This document shows, piece after piece, positions 38,590 to 47,217 of a stretch of 49,459 nt of DNA (positions are counted from its first letter, which is position 1; each line of letters starts with the position of its first letter). This DNA is from Clostridia bacterium. GTDB taxonomy: Bacteria; Bacillota; Clostridia; UBA1381; UBA9506. The stretch covers positions 1 through 49,459 of the forward strand of contig JAZODT010000073.1 in NCBI GenBank assembly GCA_045597205.1, read 5' to 3'. A program made the translations under genes and the position numbers. The notes under the pieces are model-generated. The model ran no database searches. It worked only from the letters and a program-made list of their open reading frames with translations, and was not told where the DNA came from.

Positions 38590-39027
38590 ATGGCGTTCAG
38601 GGCGACAGTTCAAAACAATATCGATATACCCAAGCATATTAAAGACGTGAAGGATCCGGATTTTTGGAAATTTGGCGCTAATGAGTGGTGGAAGGACATC
38701 ACACCGTATGCGCCTATGGAGAGCGGGACCATGTCCGAGAGCGTCAAGATAAAGGGCGAAAGCGGTAATGGTTCTATCGAGTACATTGCGCCGCAAGCTC
38801 ATTATCTTTACAAAGGTGAGCTGATGGTTGACCCGGACACAGGCAGTTCTTATGCAAAAGCCGGTTCCAAAAAGATATATGCCGGCAAACCATTAAAAAT
38901 CAGCAAGTCAAAGCATCCTCTGGCGTCTAAAGAGTGGGATAAGGCTGCAGAGCCTACCCAAAAGCCGAAGCTGATTCGTGCGATGCAGAGGTATATTGAT
39001 AGCGGGAGGTTAAAACTGAATGAGTAA
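38590..39027 (+). CDS. Neck/tail completion protein
   Basis: Call rests on position and size (145 aa). Confidence 0.5.
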   Translation: MAFRATVQNNIDIPKHIKDVKDPDFWKFGANEWWKDITPYAPMESGTMSESVKIKGESGNGSIEYIAPQAHYLYKGELMVDPDTGSSYAKAGSKKIYAGKPLKISKSKHPLASKEWDKAAEPTQKPKLIRAMQRYIDSGRLKLNE

Positions 39028-39457
39028 ATTTCAAGCGGTGTTGGATTTTATCAGTTGTTGTCCGTTGGTTGGACGTGATATGTATTTTAATTTTGTTGAT
39101 GAAACAAACGCAGGGAGCAATACATCACTTCTGACGGATGGTTATGGCGCTTTGGTCAAGACCTATGTTGACGGCGAAAAGCTGAAAAAATTCCAGTGTG
39201 TGATACGGCAGAACAAGCCTTTGTCCCGGTATTCCAATACAAGCGAAAACACAGAACAGATGCAAATTGTTCAGGAGTTTTTGGATTGGGTTAACGAGCA
39301 GGGGCAGCAGGGAAATTTCCCTGATTTTGGTGCAAAATGTACCGTACAAAGCTTAGGAACGCCTGAGGGTGTGGAATATCCCATGCTGGCAGGCTATGAC
39401 GAGGGGACGGCTCTTTATTCCTTCCCCTTTGAAATTTTATATACAGAAAGGATGTAA
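39020..39457 (+). CDS. Tail completion protein
   Basis: Call rests on position and size (145 aa); overlaps the upstream stop. Confidence 0.5.
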   Translation: MSKFQAVLDFISCCPLVGRDMYFNFVDETNAGSNTSLLTDGYGALVKTYVDGEKLKKFQCVIRQNKPLSRYSNTSENTEQMQIVQEFLDWVNEQGQQGNFPDFGAKCTVQSLGTPEGVEYPMLAGYDEGTALYSFPFEILYTERM

Positions 39458-39462
39458 GATTT

Positions 39463-39939
39463 ATGAACAACATTGTTAAACGAAGTGACGTTGTAGCGTT
39501 TTACGGCGTGCCCGGTGAACAGGGCGTTACTTACCACAGAATGAGAGGCTTTACCGAATTCAGCCTTTCAAAAAATCCAAAGGAGTATTCCAGGCAGTAT
39601 GTAGACGAAGCCTTTGAGCGGTCTGATGTAGTGGGCTACAGCCCGTCTATTTCTTACGGCTTCGACCTGTTACGCGGCAATGCTGTGCATCAGGATATTG
39701 TGGAGATTACCGACCAGGAAAAAACCGGCGCTGATACGGTGAGAGAAATCGTCATTGTGGACCTTTCTACCAACGAGGCTAAAAAGCGCAGTTTTACCAT
39801 TATTCCGGATTCTGAGGGTGATTCTTTAGATGCATATACCTACAGCGGCAGCTTAAAGGCCTCTGGCGTTGTTGCCTTTGGTACGGCAACCTATGACGAA
39901 GAGGCTGAAACCATTACCTTCTCAGAGGGCGCTTCCTGA
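39463..39939 (+). CDS. Major tail protein
   Basis: 158 aa and the last gene before the chaperone pair and TMP. It is followed by a hairpin terminator at 40032-40065. Confidence 0.7.
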   Translation: MNNIVKRSDVVAFYGVPGEQGVTYHRMRGFTEFSLSKNPKEYSRQYVDEAFERSDVVGYSPSISYGFDLLRGNAVHQDIVEITDQEKTGADTVREIVIVDLSTNEAKKRSFTIIPDSEGDSLDAYTYSGSLKASGVVAFGTATYDEEAETITFSEGAS

Positions 39940-40031
39940 AAGGAAGACAGCGGCGCTGAACCGGCTTTGATTGATGAAGGGCCGGAAGGCGAACCTGCTG
40001 ACAGCGAGGAAGAAACCGAAGAGTAACAAAA

Positions 40032-40065
40032 CAGCACCCGCGGGGCCGACGTTTTGCGGGTGCTG
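40032..40065 (+). terminator. Hairpin after the major tail gene
   Basis: Perfect 10-bp stem CAGCACCCGC/GCGGGTGCTG with a 14-nt loop; T-poor tail (CTTATTTA). Confidence 0.45.
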
Positions 40066-40093
40066 CTTATTTATCATTTAGGAGGGTGCATAT

Positions 40094-40492
40094 ATGTCAC
40101 TTATTATTGATGGAAAAGAACACAGCGCAAAAAAACACACAATTACCGTAAACGGCATTACATACGAATTGCCGGCGCGTACCGGCAGATTGGAAAAATT
40201 ACTCCTGCAGCACGATAAAAATGCTGCTAAATTATCTGAATACGAAAGCAACAAGGCTTTGATTGAATTGCTCCTGGGGGAAGATGCATTTGCAGCGATT
40301 TTCCCTGAGGGCGAGGACGCAAATCTTGATCATATTTCCACTCTTGCCTATTATGCCGTAGAGGCGTTTAATGCCAACCAGAAAGCATTAGAGGCAGAGC
40401 ATATCAACAGACAGGTCGCACCGATTCAACCGGTGGTTGATGTGATAAAACAAATGAACAAACGGACAAAGAAGCGGGTGCCGGAGGCATGA
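40094..40492 (+). CDS. Tail assembly chaperone
   Basis: 132 aa, positioned between the major tail and TMP genes. Confidence 0.55.
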   Translation: MSLIIDGKEHSAKKHTITVNGITYELPARTGRLEKLLLQHDKNAAKLSEYESNKALIELLLGEDAFAAIFPEGEDANLDHISTLAYYAVEAFNANQKALEAEHINRQVAPIQPVVDVIKQMNKRTKKRVPEA

Positions 40493-41058
40493 GTATTTTA
40501 ACGGAAACGCCGCCGGGAACGGTAGAAATTGGCGGACAAAGCTGCCCTATCCGTACAGATTTTAAGGTGTGGATACAGTTTGCTAAACTGGCAGAAGAAA
40601 ACGACATGGGCACACCGGACAGATTAGTGCAGATAATTAAGTTGGTTTATGGCTATTTACCACCGAGGCTAGATGAGGCTGTATCGGCTCTTCTATGGTT
40701 CTATGGTGCAGGACACAAACCAAAGCCCGGCACAACTAAAACGGATGCACAAGAACGGATTTTTGATTACGAGGCGGATGCAGAGTATATTTATGCGGCG
40801 TTTCTTACCCAATATAACATTGATTTGAGTACAGCTTCCTTGCATTGGTGGAAGTTTAAGGCACTGATGTCTGCCCTGGATGAATCTACGCAGTTTATGA
40901 AAATTTTAGGGTATCGTTCTGTTGAGCTTTCCAAAATTAAGGATAAAGAGCAGCGTGGATTTTACCGGCGGATGCAGAAAATGTATGCTCTTCCTGACAT
41001 GCGAACAGACGAGGAAAAGGACGTAGCGGTGGTGGATGCACTGCAACAACTTTTTTAA
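40489..41058 (+). CDS. Gp15-like tail-module protein
   Basis: GGQSCPIRTDFKVWIQF near the N-terminus resembles the bacteriophage Gp15 family. It has its own RBS (GGAGG) and an ATGA overlap. Confidence 0.55.
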   Translation: MSILTETPPGTVEIGGQSCPIRTDFKVWIQFAKLAEENDMGTPDRLVQIIKLVYGYLPPRLDEAVSALLWFYGAGHKPKPGTTKTDAQERIFDYEADAEYIYAAFLTQYNIDLSTASLHWWKFKALMSALDESTQFMKILGYRSVELSKIKDKEQRGFYRRMQKMYALPDMRTDEEKDVAVVDALQQLF

Positions 41059-41081
41059 CATAATTGCTGCACATCTTTCTC

Positions 41082-41110
41082 TTGCAAAATTTACCTGGTT
41101 GTGATACAAT
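41082..41110 (+). promoter_or_regulatory. Promoter of the tail-module moron
   Basis: TTGCAA (41082-41087), 17 nt, then TGaTACAAT (extended -10 ending at 41110). Confidence 0.55.
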
Positions 41111-41138
41111 GAAGGAAATATTGTAAGGAGTGGTAATT

Positions 41139-41534
41139 ATGGAGCAAGAAAAAAAGGGCGCTACAAAGAAAGATATTATATTTTTTGTTTGCAGCATGAG
41201 TATATTTCTTTTGGTGATCGTGTATATGGTTTCTTTGTCCGCAGGTGACAGAGATGTACTGAGCAAAGAGAAGAAAGAGGATTTAAAAGAAGTGGTTGCT
41301 ATCGTTGATGATGTTCTGGATGAAAAAATCAGTGCTGATAATGCCTATGACAGAATTGATGATATAAGCGACCACTATGAGGATGAAGAAGTTTCTACCC
41401 ATAAATTTAGCTTTTACGTATTGAGCGTAAAAACGGATTTGTTAGGTTATCCTGACCGCACAACAACAACGGAACTGCGTGAAAGCAGGAATGATTTGGC
41501 AAAAGAAGTTGGCATAAAAAAGAGAAAAGATTAA
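41139..41534 (+). CDS. Membrane-anchored acidic hypothetical protein (moron)
   Basis: ATG lies 8 nt after AAGGAG. TM helix IIFFVCSMSIFLLVIVYMVSL followed by an acidic soluble domain. It is bracketed by its own promoter and terminators. Confidence 0.65.
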   Translation: MEQEKKGATKKDIIFFVCSMSIFLLVIVYMVSLSAGDRDVLSKEKKEDLKEVVAIVDDVLDEKISADNAYDRIDDISDHYEDEEVSTHKFSFYVLSVKTDLLGYPDRTTTTELRESRNDLAKEVGIKKRKD

Positions 41535-41540
41535 AAGTAT

Positions 41541-41569
41541 AAGCACCCAACAGGGTGCTTTTCTTTTTG
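41541..41569 (+). terminator. Moron terminator 1
   Basis: AAGCACCC/GGGTGCTT stem, AACA loop, then TTTCTTTTT. Confidence 0.7.
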
Positions 41570-41586
41570 CTTGAAATGCATATTTG

Positions 41587-41617
41587 AGCACTTGCCGAAG
41601 GGTGAGTGCTTTTTTTC
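41587..41617 (+). terminator. Moron terminator 2
   Basis: AGCACTTGCC/GGTGAGTGCT stem with a GAAG loop, then T7. Confidence 0.6.
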
Positions 41618-41658
41618 ATACATAAAAAAAGGGGGCGAGGGTTATTGCTAAGGGGTTA

Positions 41659-44600
41659 GTGATTAAGGTGGACGGTGATACCAAGCCGTTAGAAAAGTCG
41701 TTAGGGAAAATCGGCAGCGTTGCTCAAAAGGGGTTAGGCGTAACCGTTAAAGGTATTGCTGCCATCAGTACCGGTTTTGCGGCAGCTACCGGTGCAGCTT
41801 TAAAATTCAGAGGTGAGTTGGAGCAAAACTTAGGCGGTTCCAAAGCAGTTTTCAAAGAGTTTGCCGATGATATTCAGGAAAATGCAGAAAGAGCCTTTAG
41901 CAAGGCGGGGCTTTCAGCATCTAATTACTTGGCCACAGCCAACAAAATGGGCGCACTGTTCCAGGGCGCAGGATTTACCATAAAGGAATCAGCGGATTTG
42001 ACAACGCAGGCAATGCAAAGAGCAGCAGACGTTGCTTCTATTATGGGTATCGAAACCAGCTGGGCTATGGAATCCATCGCCGGTGCGGCCAAGGGCAATT
42101 TTACCATGATGGATAATTTAGGCGTTGCTATGAATGAAACCACGCTGAATGCATATGCACTGGAAAAGGGCATTGGGAAAACGACGTCTCAGATGACCAA
42201 TCAGGAAAAGATTGGCCTAGCTATGGAGTTGTTTTTAGAAAGAACAGCCTATGCTGCCGGCAACTATGCCAAGGAAAACGAAACCCTGGCCGGCTCCTTA
42301 GGTACCGCCAAGGCATCGCTTGAAAACTTTATGGCCGGTGCCGGTAATGTGGATGATGTTGTTGATTCTATTTTAAATGCCGGCAAAGTGATTGCAAAAA
42401 ATATTAAGGAGTTACTTCCGGAGCTGGGCCAGGGTCTTTCCGAAGGTCTGCGTCAAATTTTGGCCGAGGTTCCCGGATTCATTGACGATAACGCAGAGGA
42501 ATTTGCACAAGGCGCGGCCGATTTGGTCGTGGTGCTGGTAAATGCTATCATAGACGGCGCACCGGAGATGGCGGAGGCTGCCTCTAAGCTTTTGGTGGTG
42601 TTTGCAGACGAGCTAGGGGAAGCTGTGCCTATTTTAAAACCAGTAACAGAGGTTATCAGTTTTTTAGGCGAAAATTTAGAGACAACTGCAAAGGTGGCTA
42701 TAGCGACAGGTGTAGCCTTTGAGACCTATACGATAACAGCAGGGGCAGCGAAAGCCGCAACGGTTGCGTATGCCACGGCTAAGCAGACGCTTGCTACCCA
42801 CGAGGCGGCGCACCGTTTAACACTGCTTGCCTCTAACGGCGCGTTGACAGCCCAGGAACTGTTAGTGGGGGTGCTCACGGGAAAAATCCCTTTGCTGATA
42901 GCGGCTAAAGGGCTTGCGACTAAAGCGCAGATAGCGCTGAATGCGGCCTGGACGGCCAATCCTGTTGGTATCGTTGTTGCGGTCGTGGCAGCACTGGCCG
43001 TCGGCTTGGGCGTTTTATATGCAGCGACCAGGAAACAAACTGAAGCCGAGCAGGAACAAGCGGCAAGACTGAAAGAGGTTACAGAAAAAACAAAGGAGCT
43101 GACGGAGGCTTCTAAAGAGCAGGAGGCGGCTTATCTCTCAAGCATTGATTCAATTAACAAGTCAACAAGTGCAGAGCTGGCAGAGCTTTCTTGTGTAGAA
43201 AGTCTGGCAGATGAGCTGTTCACATTGGCAGATGAATCCGGCCGTGTGGATGAAGCAAACCGCGCCAGAGCGTCCTTTATCCTCGGGGAATTAAACGAGG
43301 CTATGGGCACAGAGTATACGCTGACAGGCAATCAAATCAGTAAATACGGCGAATTGAAGACCTCTATTTATGATACTATTGACGCTATGCAGGCGAAAAT
43401 TGTGTTAGCAGCCTATGAAGATATGTTGACGGAGGCTATTAAGCGGCAAGCAGAAGCTCAAAAAAACGCAACAGGAGCGTATACTGCGTTAACGGAAGCA
43501 GAGCAGTCGCAAGATGCTGCTATTTCTGCTTTTATATCAAAATACGAACAGCTACATGGTGTTACGCTTGATGCGGTGGCGGCGGAGGAACAACTGAAAA
43601 AAGGCAAAGCGCAGAATGGTGCGTTGCTCTGGGGGATTATAGACGATTATAATGAAGCCAGTGCAGCTATTGCAAGCAACACCGCCCTGATAGAGGAAAG
43701 CGGGCAAGCATCACAAGAAGTTGCAGAGCTCAGAGCGGCAGTTTCCTCTGCTACAACGGCCATAGAACTTGGCAATTTTGAAGAGGTTGTTAATGGCTAT
43801 CAAATGAGCGAGGATGCTAAAAAAGCTATTGCATCCGGCAGTGAAGCAGAAATTCTTGCTACAATTGTTAAGAAAAATGCTGAAATTGAAGACCTGGAGG
43901 CGCGGAAAAACGCAGCTACTACAGAAGAGGAGAAAAAAGGTTGGCAAGCTCTGATTGATGCAGCAGCCAAAGATGGCGCCAACCTGGTGGCCGAATACGA
44001 AAAGACAGGAAAAAATGCTACAGAAGGCCTGGCGCAACATTTCCGAGATGGTGGCACCGCCATTGAAGCCGCCAAAACATTAGCGCAGAATATTATTAAT
44101 AAAATTAAGGGTGTGTTTGACGAACATTCTCCTTCCCGGGTTATGCGCTATGACGTGGCAGGCAACGCAACAAAAGGGATTGTACTCGGTTTTAAGGATG
44201 GCGAAAAAGAGGTTTATGCCGCTGCGGAAAAGCTGGCGGAAAAGGGCATAGATGGCTACAACGCCGGCCAGGAAGCAAATTCGCCGGCCAAGGAATATAT
44301 TAAAGCCTCTAAAAATAGTATTGACGGTTTGATTAAAGGCATCGATGACAATGCGGACCGTTTGATGGACCGGATGGAGGAGCTGAGTGACGAGGCGCTA
44401 ACGGCTGAAATAACCGGCAATGATGCTTTATTGGATGCAGAACGCAAATACCTTTCTGAAAGCCGGCGGATGGAGCGGGAAAAGGAAGAAAAGGAATACA
44501 AGGAAAAACTGGCTGCTGCCAAAACAGCTGAGGCAGCTCAAAAAATTAAAAATGAACGGTTGCAAAAACTGCAGGAGGAAGCGGATGAGCGTTATCTCGA

Positions 44601-45423
44601 TCAGCTTCGAGAAACTGCAGAGGCTGAACGTGAATCGGTAGAAGAACGGAAAAACAAAATCATTGATACGTTTCAGGATGCGGCCGATGCGGCTATGGAT
44701 GCTGTTGAAGATCTGGCAGACAGACAAGAGAGTTTTCGAGAAAAGCTTCTTGGCGATGTGAAACTGTTCAAAAAAGTAACCTTTAAAGGTGCCGGCGAGG
44801 ACGGAACAGACTTGCAGTTTACCGATTTGGCGGATTTGGATAAACAAAGCCGGGCGTTAGAGGAGTATGCCGATTTGCTTCTTAAGGTGCGGGACCGCGA
44901 GGAGCTGCCTAATGGCTTTTTTGATGAGCTTCGGGAAATGTCCATCGAAGAGGGAACAGCTTTCGCTAAAACGCTTCTGGACGCTGATGACGATACTTTT
45001 GCAAGGTATATACAATCGTGGAATGATATCCAAAATACAGGCGACCGGCTGGCTAAAGAGGTATTCGGCGAAGATACAGAGGAGTTAAAGGGAAAATTTG
45101 AAGAGGAGTTAAAGCGAAAATTTGAAGAGGAGTTCGGTCAGCTGCCGGAGGACTTCTTTAAACTGGGCGAGGATAGCATTCAGCAATTCGGCAGCGGCTT
45201 TATGAGTAAACTGCAGGAGCTTATGCGGAATGTTAAGCAAGAAATTGAGAGAAGTCTTTCTTATCTTTCTCCGGTACCGATAGCGGGAGCGGTTGCCGGC
45301 AGTGCGGGAACCGGCAACACAAGCTTTCATACGGTGTATAATTTTTCATCCTCCGGGGAGACGGTGCATCAGCAGTTGCAGACGGCGCGTGACGCTGATA
45401 CCGTGAAGCAACTCAGAGGATAA
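41659..45423 (+). CDS. Tape measure protein
   Basis: 1254 aa. Central hydrophobic segment, long Ala/Glu-rich helices, and position after the chaperones. Confidence 0.9.
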   Translation: MIKVDGDTKPLEKSLGKIGSVAQKGLGVTVKGIAAISTGFAAATGAALKFRGELEQNLGGSKAVFKEFADDIQENAERAFSKAGLSASNYLATANKMGALFQGAGFTIKESADLTTQAMQRAADVASIMGIETSWAMESIAGAAKGNFTMMDNLGVAMNETTLNAYALEKGIGKTTSQMTNQEKIGLAMELFLERTAYAAGNYAKENETLAGSLGTAKASLENFMAGAGNVDDVVDSILNAGKVIAKNIKELLPELGQGLSEGLRQILAEVPGFIDDNAEEFAQGAADLVVVLVNAIIDGAPEMAEAASKLLVVFADELGEAVPILKPVTEVISFLGENLETTAKVAIATGVAFETYTITAGAAKAATVAYATAKQTLATHEAAHRLTLLASNGALTAQELLVGVLTGKIPLLIAAKGLATKAQIALNAAWTANPVGIVVAVVAALAVGLGVLYAATRKQTEAEQEQAARLKEVTEKTKELTEASKEQEAAYLSSIDSINKSTSAELAELSCVESLADELFTLADESGRVDEANRARASFILGELNEAMGTEYTLTGNQISKYGELKTSIYDTIDAMQAKIVLAAYEDMLTEAIKRQAEAQKNATGAYTALTEAEQSQDAAISAFISKYEQLHGVTLDAVAAEEQLKKGKAQNGALLWGIIDDYNEASAAIASNTALIEESGQASQEVAELRAAVSSATTAIELGNFEEVVNGYQMSEDAKKAIASGSEAEILATIVKKNAEIEDLEARKNAATTEEEKKGWQALIDAAAKDGANLVAEYEKTGKNATEGLAQHFRDGGTAIEAAKTLAQNIINKIKGVFDEHSPSRVMRYDVAGNATKGIVLGFKDGEKEVYAAAEKLAEKGIDGYNAGQEANSPAKEYIKASKNSIDGLIKGIDDNADRLMDRMEELSDEALTAEITGNDALLDAERKYLSESRRMEREKEEKEYKEKLAAAKTAEAAQKIKNERLQKLQEEADERYLDQLRETAEAERESVEERKNKIIDTFQDAADAAMDAVEDLADRQESFREKLLGDVKLFKKVTFKGAGEDGTDLQFTDLADLDKQSRALEEYADLLLKVRDREELPNGFFDELREMSIEEGTAFAKTLLDADDDTFARYIQSWNDIQNTGDRLAKEVFGEDTEELKGKFEEELKRKFEEEFGQLPEDFFKLGEDSIQQFGSGFMSKLQELMRNVKQEIERSLSYLSPVPIAGAVAGSAGTGNTSFHTVYNFSSSGETVHQQLQTARDADTVKQLRG

Positions 45424-45440
45424 ATGAAAGGAGCAAATAT

Positions 45441-46340
45441 ATGGGTTATGTAGTAAATTTTACGGATAATAGTTTGGTGACGGCAGATTATCTGAACGAT
45501 ACAGCAGCAGAGCTGGGCGGTGGTGTTCTTGCCTTTGGCGACGATATGACCTATGGTGTGGATGATTTAAACGGCATATCGGCTGAACTGATTACCAAGG
45601 GCGTAACAAGAGGATGCGGATTAAGTGTTGCAGGTAATCAGGTGACCATAGCGGAGGGCGTTCTATACATGAGTGACGGCCGGCGTGTGGTGATAGATAC
45701 TGACGGTGTAACTCTTGATTATACGGCCGGAAGCATTAATTATGTGTGGTTTGACTATGATGCGGTGACCGGCTTTGTGGCGCCACGGTGCACAGTGGAA
45801 GAGCCTGCAGCTGATGATTATGTTATTTTAGGAAGAATTACTGCTGAAGGAACTATTGAAGGGAAACCGGACAGGGCCGTGATGAAAAATCCTTTTTTGG
45901 GGCTGCATGGATTTGAAACTTTTACAAAGACATTTGGTTGGAATGGCATTTTAGAGGAAACTCTTTTATGGGAATTAGAGCTTGCCGATTTAGGCTATCA
46001 ACAGGTCATAATTTATTCTGAGGGGACACCCAATGGAACCTATATTCATAACGCCTGTTGCGGTACGGTTAATCTGGCAGATAAAACGGCATTTAGCTCT
46101 TTGTGTACCATAGCTTACGGCTATGACGGGCAGATAGGGATGAAACATACATCTGACAATTGTGAGATATTGGCGGCTTATTCAGTTTATTCTTCGGTCG
46201 CTAATCGCTACCATCGCGTGTATTTACGCTTTGAATTAGGTACAGATAACGTACTTAGAGTGTATCAACGAGCGGCAAATACAGGCGGTGCAGGGTATAA
46301 TAACTCGCCGGCGGTGCAACTGAAAATTATTGTATGTTAG
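45441..46340 (+). CDS. Hypothetical tail protein
   Basis: 299-aa ORF between the TMP and Dit genes. No motif recognised. Confidence 0.5.
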   Translation: MGYVVNFTDNSLVTADYLNDTAAELGGGVLAFGDDMTYGVDDLNGISAELITKGVTRGCGLSVAGNQVTIAEGVLYMSDGRRVVIDTDGVTLDYTAGSINYVWFDYDAVTGFVAPRCTVEEPAADDYVILGRITAEGTIEGKPDRAVMKNPFLGLHGFETFTKTFGWNGILEETLLWELELADLGYQQVIIYSEGTPNGTYIHNACCGTVNLADKTAFSSLCTIAYGYDGQIGMKHTSDNCEILAAYSVYSSVANRYHRVYLRFELGTDNVLRVYQRAANTGGAGYNNSPAVQLKIIVC

Positions 46341-46350
46341 GAGGCGGCAC

Positions 46351-47217
46351 ATGTTTGAAGCAAGGTATGAAAACGAGCGCGGATTGATACGTTTTTCCGG
46401 CGGTAACGGCTCCATCTTCCGTACGCTGAAGGTTGCCGGACTGGGTCCGCCGGTGAAAGAATTTAATGTGACCGGTTATGCCGGACAACCCGGGCAAACG
46501 TTAATTTCTGAAAAAGACCTGGCAAGGATTATCACCCTGTCCGGCGATGTTACGGTGCCGGAGGTGATTCATCAGGAGCTCTCCCGGATGATGCGCATTT
46601 TATATTATCCCGGTAAGCTGACGATTGCTTCAGGAAGCCGAAAACGTTCCATCAACTGCCGGTGCACAACCTTTGATGAGCCGGAGCGCCACGGACGCAA
46701 TATTGCATCCATTGTTCTGCAGTTCACCTGCGACCATCCTTATTTTACAGATGAAGAGCCACGGACTGTTAATTTGTTTTACAGGCAGGATTTAATACAG
46801 TCCTCTTTTACATTGCCTTGTGTTTTTACAGAACGTGTTCATAGGCAGGAGGTTGATAATGCCGGAGATTTTCGTGCAGAGCCGGTTATTACCGTATATA
46901 ACGAATATCAACCGGCAGGTGCTTCTCTTCTTTCGTTAGATTTTGGTATTGAGATTATCAACCATACCACCGGGCAGAAGATTTTACTGGAGCGGGAGAC
47001 GGTACCGGGAGAAGTTGTTATCATTGACATCCCTAAGCGCAGGATTACATCCAATTTGGCGGGAGATATTACTGCATCTATTTCACAAGATACGTTTTTA
47101 AGCGATTTTTGGCTGGAAACAGGCAGGAACGACATTGAGGCTATCAACTATAGTCTGGGCGAAAACATTTGTGTTGTGATGCAATATGACAACCAATATA
47201 TAGAGGCGGTGATTTGA
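46351..47217 (+). CDS. Distal tail protein (Dit-like phage tail family protein)
   Basis: ATG 46351 after AGGAGG. Size and position upstream of the Tal-like gene. Confidence 0.65.
   Translation: MFEARYENERGLIRFSGGNGSIFRTLKVAGLGPPVKEFNVTGYAGQPGQTLISEKDLARIITLSGDVTVPEVIHQELSRMMRILYYPGKLTIASGSRKRSINCRCTTFDEPERHGRNIASIVLQFTCDHPYFTDEEPRTVNLFYRQDLIQSSFTLPCVFTERVHRQEVDNAGDFRAEPVITVYNEYQPAGASLLSLDFGIEIINHTTGQKILLERETVPGEVVIIDIPKRRITSNLAGDITASISQDTFLSDFWLETGRNDIEAINYSLGENICVVMQYDNQYIEAVI

Noticed and set aside
40094-41058. Programmed -1 frameshift (G/GT-type) between the two tail chaperone-region genes
   Set aside because: The second ORF has its own GGAGG RBS and an ATG in an ATGA overlap. No slippery heptamer or extended overlap was seen.
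44428-44945. Minus-strand ORFs of 139 and 90 aa (and similar ones at 43711-44075 and 48742-49086)
   Set aside because: They are antisense to Ala/Glu-rich coiled-coil coding regions of the TMP and fiber genes, which characteristically leave the opposite strand open. They are not independent genes.
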